Shown: positions 1 to 10,596 of the stretch, piece by piece
How the letters are laid out: every line of letters starts with the position of its first letter
Numbering within the stretch: the first letter of the stretch is position 1
Origin: Psammoneis japonica
Taxonomy: Eukaryota
Length of the DNA stretch: 64,000 nt
NCBI GenBank assembly: GCA_008632985.1
Contig: QPGO01000071.1
Span: forward strand, 1-64,000
Direction: 5' to 3'
Position numbers and translations under genes: made by a program
Notes under the pieces: model-generated
Database searches by the model: none
What the model was told of the DNA's origin: nothing
What the model saw: only the letters and a program-made list of their open reading frames with translations

Positions 1-1
1 C

Positions 2-1555
2 GTTGCAGTAATACAAGACAAGATTCTGTCCATTCCTCCGGATGCGGCTTGGGATTTTGGATTGGATATCACGACCCAACGAATTCAAGATACGGGGCCT
101 CATGGGTTGCATGGGAAGCTCGTCAACTCACCGACACGAGCGGTGCGAGGGTCCAACTGGACAGGTCGAGAAATGTGTTGGAGGCATGCTCCAGAGGAAT
201 ATGCCGCCATTCATTTTCACGACACCGATATGAGTGACTGCGAATGGCCAGTGTGCTATCAATGGAAGATCCCGTCCAATTTAAAGTCGGGAAATTACGC
301 CCTCCTCTTGCAAGCCGGAGAGCACAAGGATAATATTCCCTTTTTCGTTGTTCCGCCAAAAGGAAAGCGTCAAGCAGACTTGGCTGTACTTATCTCGACG
401 TTTACTTATGTCATCTACGGCAATCATGCGATGTCGGAATATCGGGAGGATGCAGACTGGCGGGCCAAGTGGCGACAGCAGGTTCAGGAGCCCAACGGCT
501 ATCCACACAATCCTTGCGATCACCCAGAGTATGGCTGGTCGACCTACAACACACATACTGATGGGGCTGGTGTCTGCTTGGCCTCTTGGCATCGACCTCT
601 TTTGAATTTACGGATTGGGTATGTTACCTTTCCGTTCCCCGAAGTGAACGGTTCTGGCTTGAGGCATTTCCCGGCCGATACCCACCTGACTGCTTGGTTG
701 GAGGCTCAAGGCATTACCTATGATGTGATTACTGACTGGGAGTTGCACACGGAAGGAAGCGACGTGTTGAAACCTTATCGAGTCGTAACAACTGGGTCTC
801 ATCCCGAGTATCATTCGGAATCGTCTCTGCAGGCGCTGAGCGACTACCGCCGTCAAGGTGGACGACTCATGTATCTTGGTGGGAACGGGTTCTACTGGAA
901 AATTGCAGTTGGAGATAACCTATTAGAAATCCGTCGAGGTGAGGGTGGAATTCGAGCGTGGGCATCAGACCCAGGCGAGTACTACCACCAACTCGATGGG
1001 CAATATGGAGGACTATGGCGTCGAAATGGACGAGCGCCGCAAGCCCTGGTCGGCGTTGGATTCTCGGCGCAAGGAAACTTTGTCGGTTCCCATTATAAAG
1101 TCAAGCCGCTTGCAAGAGCCAATCCAAGAACAGCATGGATCTTTGAAGGCATTGCAGAAGATGAGATTGGAAAGCATGGATTGTCTGGCCATGGTGCAGC
1201 CGGTTTCGAATTAGATCGCACGGATACGGCTTTGGGAACTCCCAGCCATGCTGTTGTTCTGGCGAGCTCAGTAGGCCACGATCCCAATGGCCCGTGGGTT
1301 TTGGTGTTTGAAGAACGCCTATCGCATCTTGTTAATTTGGTGGGAGTTGACAATGACGAGTTGATTCGAGCTGACTTGTCATTCTTTGAAACTCCGAGTG
1401 GTGGGGCGGTGTTCTCTACGGGATCCATTACCTACTGTGGGAGTTTGTTGACTAATGATTGCCGAAATGATGTTTCGCTTTTAACGAGAAATGTGCTTTT
1501 AAAGTTGCTGGACCCGAGATCTGAGTTTGTGGTCCCAGAACAGGGCGAAAAGTAA
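2..1555 (+). CDS. N,N-dimethylformamidase large (beta) subunit family protein, 5'-partial, no introns in the visible part
   Basis: Frame is open from base 2. Family-typical motifs: 'YAAIHFHDTDM..CEW', 'IPFFVVPP', 'STFTYVIYGN', 'WSTYNTHTDG', 'LRHFPADTHL', 'TGSHPEYHS', 'GGRLMYLGGNGFYW', 'GAAGFELD', 'GGAVFSTGSITYCGSL'. Confidence 0.85.
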   Translation, partial: VAVIQDKILSIPPDAAWDFGLDITTQRIQDTGPHGLHGKLVNSPTRAVRGSNWTGREMCWRHAPEEYAAIHFHDTDMSDCEWPVCYQWKIPSNLKSGNYALLLQAGEHKDNIPFFVVPPKGKRQADLAVLISTFTYVIYGNHAMSEYREDADWRAKWRQQVQEPNGYPHNPCDHPEYGWSTYNTHTDGAGVCLASWHRPLLNLRIGYVTFPFPEVNGSGLRHFPADTHLTAWLEAQGITYDVITDWELHTEGSDVLKPYRVVTTGSHPEYHSESSLQALSDYRRQGGRLMYLGGNGFYWKIAVGDNLLEIRRGEGGIRAWASDPGEYYHQLDGQYGGLWRRNGRAPQALVGVGFSAQGNFVGSHYKVKPLARANPRTAWIFEGIAEDEIGKHGLSGHGAAGFELDRTDTALGTPSHAVVLASSVGHDPNGPWVLVFEERLSHLVNLVGVDNDELIRADLSFFETPSGGAVFSTGSITYCGSLLTNDCRNDVSLLTRNVLLKLLDPRSEFVVPEQGEK

Positions 1556-1857
1556 CCAACAGCGCTTTTTCAGACAGTTGGTGGCTAGCGATCAATTCAA
1601 CAGTTACGTTATAGCTGTCGTCCAAGAGAAGTCCTGTTAACTGTAGAGCGCCCCCTCTACTCTAGAGAGAAGGAGTCAAACTAAACAACGTAAAATGATA
1701 GATGCAAAAAGCCGATGTACGTAAAGCCAACAATGAACGGCCGACGTCGCGCGTCGTGCGCGCTTTTGCTCCGGTAATATCTTTGTCGGTTTTTTTTTTC
1801 AACATCAACAGAAGAAGTGCTGGGCGACCTGAGCGAGCAGGACTTGTGTTGCTAACC

Positions 1858-2997
1858 ATGGGGGAAGACGGGAGCCGCTGTTATTGCGCTCCCATTCGAT
1901 TTGTGAGATCAGTCTTGTTGCTGGTGTGTCTGTTGCAACAACTGGAGGGTCTATGTTTTTCAACTCCTCACCGGTCTCCTCTCCCGCGAGCAACAACCAC
2001 GGCAAACGCGAGAAAACAACCGTCAACATCAACACATGGCATTCTGTCAAAACGAACGTCTCGTTCTTTCTTGTCGAGGGGCGGAGGTGTATTCGCGAAG
2101 GAGAACGATGACGATACTAACGTCCAAGAGTCAGAAGAGAAGGCTCTTGCCAACATCAAACGTTGCTACAAGGCGGCCTTGTTGAGCGGAGCGGTTGAAA
2201 TAACAACCAGGCTGCTCGAAGACATGGACGGACTAAAGGTTTCCACTTTGGATTGGTACGAAGTTAGAGAGACACTCGTAGTGGTGCACCGTTTTGTTAT
2301 GGGGCTTGGTCTTCGTCGCGTGTATCGCTTGTATCTCGGTTCACGTTCAGAAGTGGTGGATATGAGTGCAAGTGGCGTGTTCGCCCTTTCCAAGACAATG
2401 TCGGCAGTATGGACGACCTCAGCGATAACGTTGATGATGGAATCTTTATTATTGTTTAGCTCTCTAAAGGATCGCTTCTCCGGTATCTTGGTTCAGCTAT
2501 CACCCACTGCAATCCTGACTCTGTTTCTTGTTTGTTCTGTTCCGGTCTCCATTGTTGCAAGCCGAGCAGCAAAAGAAGCGGAGATAAATGGCAAACCGGC
2601 TGGCAGTGCTGAGTATGCTTCAGCCCGGTCCTTGGGATTTTTCGCATCGCTCAGCATGCGTTACTGCGTCGCGGCATTCGCAATCATTGGGGTAATGCAG
2701 CTAGTGAAAGCTGCCTCGGAGACTGGTTTTGTGAACATCGGGTTTGGACTGTTGGACGTTCTCGAATCGTACACTATTGGTAGTCTTCTTATGAATCTGA
2801 ATCGTAATTTTTTACCATCTATTGTTAAAGTATCAGAAGGTGGCCAATCCAAGCCAGATGAATACGCGGGTTTGTTCCAAGCTCAGAAAGGATTCTATGG
2901 AAAGGTCGGAAAGGTTTTTATTTCTCAAGTGTTCTTTCGCGTTCTTCCATTTGTGGTGTCAGGTGCCAAAACAGCGTGGGCATTGATTAAACCATGA
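1858..2997 (+). CDS. Multi-pass membrane protein with N-terminal targeting peptide, paralog A
   Basis: Long ORF with several hydrophobic segments and clear paralogy to 8077-9222 (shared 'HRFV.G.GL.RVY.L', 'GSA.YASARS.GF.AS', 'GFGLLDVLES.TIG.LL.NLN'). Start placed at ATG 1858; ORF track starts at 1702. Confidence 0.75.
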   Translation: MGEDGSRCYCAPIRFVRSVLLLVCLLQQLEGLCFSTPHRSPLPRATTTANARKQPSTSTHGILSKRTSRSFLSRGGGVFAKENDDDTNVQESEEKALANIKRCYKAALLSGAVEITTRLLEDMDGLKVSTLDWYEVRETLVVVHRFVMGLGLRRVYRLYLGSRSEVVDMSASGVFALSKTMSAVWTTSAITLMMESLLLFSSLKDRFSGILVQLSPTAILTLFLVCSVPVSIVASRAAKEAEINGKPAGSAEYASARSLGFFASLSMRYCVAAFAIIGVMQLVKAASETGFVNIGFGLLDVLESYTIGSLLMNLNRNFLPSIVKVSEGGQSKPDEYAGLFQAQKGFYGKVGKVFISQVFFRVLPFVVSGAKTAWALIKP

Positions 2998-3249
2998 GCA
3001 ACTTTGTTTGAAATCTGTTGATGGGCGTTCTTGCACGGGCCTACTTTATATGGTAAGGTCACGGATGTTTTCATAAAGTGTTTGCAATCAGCACGTAACA
3101 TAATCATAGTAGTAGATATTATCACGGCTTCTGTCTCTATGTTGTCATCAACTTACAATCTATCTCTTTTTGGCACTCCCGCGCCTGTCGTTGTCGGTGC
3201 ATGGGGTGTTGCCTCTTCAATGAGACAACGATCAACGCTTGGCGGATGC

Positions 3250-3760
3250 TGCTCTAGAGTCGGAGAATTCTCGAATCGCGAGATTCGTTGGATCAACTAC
3301 TGCCGATTTTACTTAAAGGTCCTCTCAGTGTCAGGCATCAATCACCCTTGAGAATGGTCTGAAGTTGGACATCTCAAAGGTCTCTGGCTGGCCCTGGTGC
3401 CTCAGCTGTGCAAGAAGTGCTGTCAACAATGTGGAAGAGTGGAGTCCCTCTCCTGCAGCATGGAAGTCCTGGTGTCAGTTCTGCTCATTCTTGCTGTGTC
3501 TCCCAGATGCTGCTGGACTGCAGGCACCTTTGGGGGGACTGGCTTCTTGTTTCCCCTTCTCACATGTGAGTTCAAGCATCTGCATGTTGTGCTTGCTCCC
3601 CAAGGAATGTGCACATGCTTGCACCCTGGATGGATTTGATTTGTTTTTTGTGCAAGATCATGTGGTGGCAATGCCAGCAGGTCAAGTTGAGACAACACAG
3701 CTCCATCAGACACATCATTCCAAGTGAAGGCATTTGTGCACCATGACAGTCAACAGAGGA
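3250..3760 (+). mobile_element. Decayed non-LTR (LINE-type) retrotransposon fragment
   Basis: 'REIRWINYCRFYLKVLSVS' and 'P.PAAWKSW...LQAPLGG' resemble the post-RT region of diatom non-LTR elements as I recall them. Frameshifted; the decayed domain begins inside it. Confidence 0.4.
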
Positions 3761-4979
3761 CCTTCGCTCTGCATGTCATTCTAAATTGGCCACATTTGTC
3801 TCTCCCTCCTCCAGACTTGTTCTCTGCTCATCTTTGTTGAGCCTTGCTGCATTGAAAGTCTGTGCTGTTTTCTCAGCTGGCCTGCTCCAGTTCCAGGCAA
3901 CTTGAATTTCAAATTCTTCCAAAATTGAGGGGTGGGTGCACACACAAAACTTTCATTTTTTTCATGTCTGTGCACTCACCTTTGTGTTTTTTTGAAATGA
4001 TCAAAATTGAAGGAGGTCATTGTGCTAAACACAGTTTTTGGCTGGCATCTCGAGTGATGGACTGTGGATCACACAGAGCTAGAATGGGCCAGTTGTTGAC
4101 ATTTCATGTCTCATTTTTTGGAGACACCACATCGCCAGCTGGACCCATTTGTCAGAAGAGTGCCAGCCACTTTGACGGACTGTCGCAATCAATGGTTGAC
4201 CTCTGGTTGATGGTGCTGTGTCATTTTTCAGGAGGTTTGTGCCCCACCTTTTGGAATTTTGCAAGTTGCACAGATGATCTGATTTTGATGCCCATTGCAA
4301 CAACCAGGCTCTGGAAGGAGGTGTGCCAAGCTGCCTCTCTGTTGCAAGACCTTCTCTCTTGACCCCCCCCCCAGTTTGGAATGTCTCAGGAGGAGAGAAG
4401 GACATTCATCAGGAGAAGGATTGTTGGCTGTGTTGCTGAGAGGAGCATGGACGGAAGGCTGCAAACGAGCCCCAGCATTCTTGGAAGTCTCTCCGAGGTG
4501 TTTGCAAGCACTGCAAAGAGCTTGACACCATGTTCAATGTGCCTCCTCTTTGGGGCTGCTGCTGGGATGAGAATGGAGACCTCGACATTTAAAAAACGGG
4601 GGACAGCGCGTGGCGTGCGCGAAAAATCGGAAAAGATGACCAAAACATCGAAAGATCCGCAACATCAAGTGGTTGCAAGAAAGCCAGTTGACAAGGTCGT
4701 AAGAGACAATGGGATCAAAACGACTCCTAAATTGGAAATGTAAAGAAACAATCATCAACATTTCACACTTGCAACACAGGCTTGTGCACAAAATCAGCCT
4801 GGAACCCAAAGGCAAGCCACATCAATGTGTCACGTGCTCGTTCCAGAGGAAAGACAAATGAGTGTGCTCAAGTGTAATTGAAGTGCACCTTTTCCAATGT
4901 GCCAGATGACCATGTGGAATTCCACGTGCGGCGTTCAGTCGCAAGTGTGCTTTTCAGTCGCAAGTGCACTTTTTGGGCA

Positions 4980-5330
4980 ACCAAGTGTGCTTTGTGTTCC
5001 GTTCGACAAGTTCAGCACAGCCATCAATTTCAACCCGGTTTTTTCTCCCAAAGCTCTGTCATGCAATTTGCCATTTTCCGCAAAAGTGTTGGTGGTCAAT
5101 TGGTCCAGGTGTTTTGGCACTATTTCGATCGCACCCAGATCATCGAAAAAGTGCAGAACAAGGAGCTCAGTGCATTTTCTACACATTTCTACTTAAGTCG
5201 TGCCTTGGTCGCGAATGGACAATTAAGTGTGCTTTGCTTTACGATCGACAAGGCCAGCCGATGCATCAATTTCAACCCAGTTTTTTCTCCCAAAGGTCCA
5301 TCATGTGTTTTGGAATGTGATGTGCAAGTT
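4980..5330. repeat. Diverged direct repeat, period ~242 bp, inside the TIR element
   Basis: 'aagtgtgctttg...cgacaag...catcaatttcaaccc.gttttttctcccaaag' occurs near 4983 and near 5225. Confidence 0.7.
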
Positions 5331-6659
5331 TTTGCGGTGAATTGCTTTTGTCTTTTAGCACTGTTTTGATTGCAACCAGAGCAACCAAAAAGCAAAGTTG
5401 GAGGTTCTTGGTGCATGTCCCACACATTTCTACGAAGGTGGCGATTGCACCATGCTGGTTCTCCCGAAAAGTCCTCACACACAAGCAATTCTCTCAAAAG
5501 TCATTGTGGTGTCATTGTCAAATCTTCAATCTACATTCATGAATGAGTCATTGAGCAGTGCATGGCTGCGCAGACCAACGACAGTGCTTTGTGCGCACAA
5601 TTCTACATGAGAGTCATAAGTGCACTCGAGAGTGCATTTGAAGTGCACTTCACGGGTGCACTTTTTTGACTTTTCCCCTCGTTCCACCATTTCAAAAGGA
5701 TGCAAGCAAGCCATTCGTGATGTCACCGGTGCAATCTCTTTGTTCTTCCCACTGGTGCATGGCACGGACTGACTTTCAATGCTCCCATGGCAGCAGTGGT
5801 GCTTGTTCAATGGCTTGTCCTCAATGCATTTGGAAAGAGCCTTTGGCACAGATGGACTCATTCTAGACAGCACTTGTCAACATTTGCACTCTGCCGACAA
5901 CAAGAGCCTGACAGGATCAATGCTCTAGCTCTCCGTTTCCATTGTGTCATCCTCAGAATTGTGAAGGACAAACGCAACATGTTTGTTTTCACGCATCCAC
6001 ATGCCAAAGGTCAGAATTGATGAAAACCAAACGCCCCACAAACCAAAGTGTGGATTGGATGGACCGCCAAGAGCACTGTTGGCGCCAGTGCACTCACAGA
6101 CAAACCACAAAAACAAACCCAAAACAGATGCAACACAAAAGCCTCCCACTTGTCTCCAATCCAAGTTCAGTTTCCGGCCTTGACAAAGATGAATTCTCAG
6201 CAGAACACGCTGTCACCAAACTGAAGACCAGGACTGGAGCACACCACCCACAAACGGTTTCATGCTTGTCGTTTCGGACCATGTTGACAACCCCTCCTCC
6301 ACGCACCACTGTTGACAGCCGCACTGGCAAAGGCAATCCATGTTGCAAGCAGGGCCCTGGACATTTGGAGCAACCTCACCGACTGGTGCAAATGTGCAAG
6401 GCACCCATCCAAAAGAGCAGCATGCCAATCAACAGGGGCAGTTCCCAGCAACTGCCATCGTGAAAGAAAATTTCCAGAACAGTGGAAACAAGACCGAGTC
6501 AAAGCAGTGAACCACCAAGACAAAGACTTGCATGCCCACGGCTGCAGCCGACACGACCATGGCTCCATCTAACTTCCCGCCAAAGAGCAAGTGCTGTCAG
6601 CATCAGAAAATTGATGACAGCCTTTCCACGAATCGATTGCGTCTCCAGGAACATTCTCA

Positions 6660-7300
6660 CCAAATGTAAGAGTAAATTTGTCGTCGTTGTTTTCGTCGCC
6701 CTCGGTTTCTTCTTCCAACCCACGTCGTCGTACGACTTGAACGCTGTCCTTGTCATCGCCATCGATGTTAAACCGGACGGCCGAGACAAGCATGACAACA
6801 CTTGCCACCAACATGAATGGGTGTCCCTGCAATCGTGGTGAACGCCAAATGTCATGACGACTCACGTGCTGCTGCAACGATCGATTGCTGCCAGCAGTGT
6901 GACGCACGGAACAGCGAAATCCATCCACGCGATGAACCTGGTCCGCCACCAATGTCTGTGCCTGCACAAACGCCGACTCCAGTGCCAACTCAACCACCAA
7001 CTCTCAAGCCCTCCTCGACCCCAACCGGTCACGAATTTCAACGGCGTTGCCGACTTTAAGTCCGTCACCTCGTCCAATTTCCCCGCCTGCAAAAATGCCC
7101 ACAGAGAAACCGACCGCGGCACCCACTGCTGATCTGACTGCACCGCCAACCAATTGGCCGACTCCTGAGCCAACGCCCCCACCGAACAACGAGCCTACTT
7201 TGACAATGTCGGAACTGCCAAGTGCGGTCCCAAGTAAAGTGCCATTGTCTGCTCCATGCCAATGTTTTGAACAAAGCAATGTGCCATCGTTTTCTCACAA
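6660..7300 (+). pseudogene. Fragment of a host-type membrane-anchored Pro/Thr-rich (mucin-like) gene inside the TIR element
   Basis: Hydrophobic 'FVVVVFVALGFFF' is followed, across frameshifts, by 'PTPVPTQPPTLKPSSTPT' and 'PTEKPTAAPT...PTPEPTPPP', typical of diatom surface-protein linkers. Confidence 0.5.
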
Positions 7301-8076
7301 ATCCTGAGTGTCGACACAGAAGATTCTTCCGATCCACGGCAACACCCGAATTCTTAACAAAGCCTGCTCCACACGTCATACGTGGGACAATTGCATTCCA
7401 AGCAAAAGACAAATCAAGTGTCAGTCGATCAAGTGCAGACACACAACTGCTGACACGCAACAAGGCACACGGTTGCCACTTGCGGTTGCCACTCACGCTG
7501 CAGCACTGACTCTTGCTGATGGTACGGGTCCACTGACATGATTGCTATTTCCGAGACAAGCCGTTGGCGTCAACATAAAATAAACGAGTCGTCTCTACCC
7601 CGCACCGTATTGCACTGCACGTGCACCGTCGCTCTGCCGCAAAATGGTGCATGAGTCATCAACCGATATTCTATCTTTATGGAGAATGTGATACACCAGT
7701 GATCCGCAACCTTTTATCTCCATAGCGGATGCAATGGGGTTCTGGTGTCTTATACAGCAACAATATAGACCACCGGGATGAGACGGACGCAACAAACTGA
7801 CGGTCATGGAGGTGACGGTTGGTTTTTTGAATCGGGAATGTTGTGGATTTCTGTGCGCGTGCGCGCTGTCCCCCGTTTTTTAAATGTCCAGGTCTCCATG
7901 GCACGCCAGCCCAACTTCGGAAAATCCGTACCGTGCGTATGATTCCTTTCACTTCGTATGTCCAACGGCAAATCAGATACGGCAAGGGAACATCATGGAT
8001 CAGTTGCAACTACATACCGACGGTCGCAGGAACTTCCGACTGCGACACTTTGCTTGTTACCTTCCTCTCAACCGCA

Positions 8077-9222
8077 ATGGCAAGGAGCCACAGTTGGTTG
8101 AGCACTGCTTCTTTGTGTCGCTTTGTGAGACTTGCTTTCTTGTTGTACCTGAGCAATCTAATAGTTTGCACCACAAGTTGTGCCGCTTTTCCCTCCAAGC
8201 CAAGCACGTTTTCCCCGAGAGAAATCACGACAAACATGAGACAACGAAAGATTTCAAAAGCAACAACTACTGCTACGCCTTCCCAGAATACCTCTCCTGA
8301 ATCATCCTCGTCAAAGGGCGCCGAGGAGTCGGAAAAGGAGTCTCAAGCCTGTTTACGAATGTGCGGCATATTTGCCGTATTAGCCGGCGTGGTGGGAACG
8401 GTAAACATTCTGAATGAAGGGATGGAGGGACTAGACTTTACGAGCTTGGATCCACTCGAAGTTGCCAATTCCTTTTCCGTGATGCATAGATTCGTTTTTG
8501 GAATTGGACTCCTTCGTGTGTACCATTTACTGGACTTGACGCCGACCACACATGTGGTGGATATGGATGCCAGAGATGTTATGACAGTCACACAAACATT
8601 GTCGGCAATGTGGGTCACCTCGGCGGGAGCTCTTCTCGTGGAGTGCATGGTCAAGTCTTGCGTGCTCCAGGAACGGTTTTCAAGCGTATTGACATATCAC
8701 CCCGCAGCAATAACCTTTGCAATAGCTCTTGCTTTCTCTGTGCCAGTTGCCATTATTGCTAAAAGAGCAGAGAAAGAGGCGGAGAAAAGGGGGGCTCCGT
8801 CAGGAAGCGCAGTGTATGCTTCAGCTCGATCCATTGGATTTGTTGCATCTCGCAACATGTGGCTTTGTATCGCTGGATTTGCACTCATGGGAGCTATAGA
8901 TTTGGTCAAAGCTGTCTCAGAGACTAGACTGCTTGATGTCGGGTTTGGACTATTGGACGTTCTCGAGTCGTTCACGATTGGTAACCTACTTTTGAATCTG
9001 AACAACAGTTTCCTGTATTCTGTTGTCAAAGTAACAGAGGGTGGAAAGTCAAAGCCAGAGACATATCTAGGATTGTACCAAGCGCAGAGGAACTTTTACG
9101 GAAAGATTGCTACAATCTTTCGTTCACAAGCGTTCCTCCCTCTCACGCCATACGTAATCTCATTTGCCAAGGCAAAGTTGCCATTGCTAGAAACGTTACC
9201 GTTGCCCTTCCTCAAGCAATGA
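8077..9222 (+). CDS. Multi-pass membrane protein with signal peptide, paralog B
   Basis: Paralog of 1858-2997. Signal-like N-terminus ending 'SCAAF' (possible plastid-type ASAF-like motif). Confidence 0.75.
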   Translation: MARSHSWLSTASLCRFVRLAFLLYLSNLIVCTTSCAAFPSKPSTFSPREITTNMRQRKISKATTTATPSQNTSPESSSSKGAEESEKESQACLRMCGIFAVLAGVVGTVNILNEGMEGLDFTSLDPLEVANSFSVMHRFVFGIGLLRVYHLLDLTPTTHVVDMDARDVMTVTQTLSAMWVTSAGALLVECMVKSCVLQERFSSVLTYHPAAITFAIALAFSVPVAIIAKRAEKEAEKRGAPSGSAVYASARSIGFVASRNMWLCIAGFALMGAIDLVKAVSETRLLDVGFGLLDVLESFTIGNLLLNLNNSFLYSVVKVTEGGKSKPETYLGLYQAQRNFYGKIATIFRSQAFLPLTPYVISFAKAKLPLLETLPLPFLKQ

Positions 9223-9325
9223 TCACGCTATGCTGAAGTTCCAAAGTCAAAAGTAGAATAAACCGTTTCAAACTATTTTAACCATAAGACACCAATTACT
9301 GGAACCACAATATTTTTGCATCTAA

Positions 9326-10596
9326 CTATGCACCCTGCGGACGAATCATCACATCCTCCAAAGTTATCTCATACGCGTCAGTGGCGAGCGTCTCTGGTGG
9401 AATGCATCTGTCCTCTTTGCGTTCAAGCAGTGGCTGGCCAACAAACCTCTGCTCCGCTTCAAGTCGACGCATCGTTTCAATAGGATACTCTTCCTCTCCC
9501 GTAATTCCGTCTGGCAACCTTGAGAGCTCAACAGCGACGCGATATCCCGACATGAGACTTTGCACCCACATCATAACCTTGGTCACGTATTCCTCCGTAC
9601 TTTGCGGTGATCCTGCCGGAGCAACGACTGGACACGACAGTACATTTTGATCTCCACCTTGCGACCAGATTCCTTGGCCGCATCCATTCGGACTTTGTAA
9701 TACGGGCTAGTAAGAATGAAATCGAGACCCATGGGCAAAAGCCCCTGCACAATATCCCACTCGGGTCTGTCTGAAAGGGAGCAGTAGACACTCTCGGGGA
9801 GACCATTAGAGGCGTAAAACAGAAATTTTCTTCTTTCCGTTTGTATCTTCTTCGTTGAATCGCCAAGCTCAAATTCAACGTCTTCAACACCATCCTTCAT
9901 GGTGGTGACATACAGGCAAAGCGTTGATCCCGACTCTGACTCGCGTACATCATATTCAATCAACAAAATAAAGGTACTTAGCATCACTTGTACCCGCTTT
10001 TGAAGAAAGAAGCGTGTGTGAAACGCGTTGAGGCACATGGCAACGTGTTCTTCTCGCGAAAACACGCCATGATCGGAGCTTATATCCGCAGCAATTACCA
10101 TGCCTTTGGGTGGAGGGATTTGCGGAATATCATCCGGTTTACAAGGATTCAAGTCCAGTACGATCGTCTCCAGTCGACCTTTGGTACCATCCTTACTATC
10201 GACAGCAACAATCGGGTTGTCGGTGCGAGTGTCGTGGTACGTAAGACGCGGCGTAAGTTCTTCTTTCTCGGGAGACATGGACCACTCTGGAACAACGTGA
10301 TTGGTAACACCCACGTCATGATAAAAGGTTTCGTTGACATGCTCATTGGGACACCGAACTTCCCTCCGTGTCGTCGTGTCCGTAGTATTAGCAGCAGCGC
10401 TACGTGCTGCTGCTGCTTCTTTCGCTAACCGCTTGCAGTCCTTCTTGTGTCGAGGCCAGTCCTTGAGTTGACAAGCTTTGTCATGGTACCATACACTCTT
10501 GCAGCGAGCGCAACGCATCAAAGGAGTGCTCCTTCGAGGGCCTCCGCCACAGCTGCAACAACGAGGCTGCTGCTCTGCTCCACCTCGGGACGCCAT
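9326..10596 (-). CDS. MYND zinc-finger protein (one frame break near 9600-9650)
   Basis: ATG at 10596 (MASRGG). MYND pattern 'CCSCG...LMRCARCKSVWYHDKACQLKDWPRHKKDC'. The C-terminus appears to continue in a second frame to 9326. Confidence 0.75.

Larger units (their letters stand above)
4573..7899. mobile_element. ~3.3-kb non-autonomous DNA transposon with ~55-bp terminal inverted repeats
   Basis: The left end ATGGAGACCTCGACATTTAAAAAACGGGGGACAGCGCG (4573) matches the reverse complement of CGCGCTGTCCCCCGTTTTTTAAATGTCCAGGTCTCCAT (ends 7899) with one mismatch. No convincing long TSD. Confidence 0.75.
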
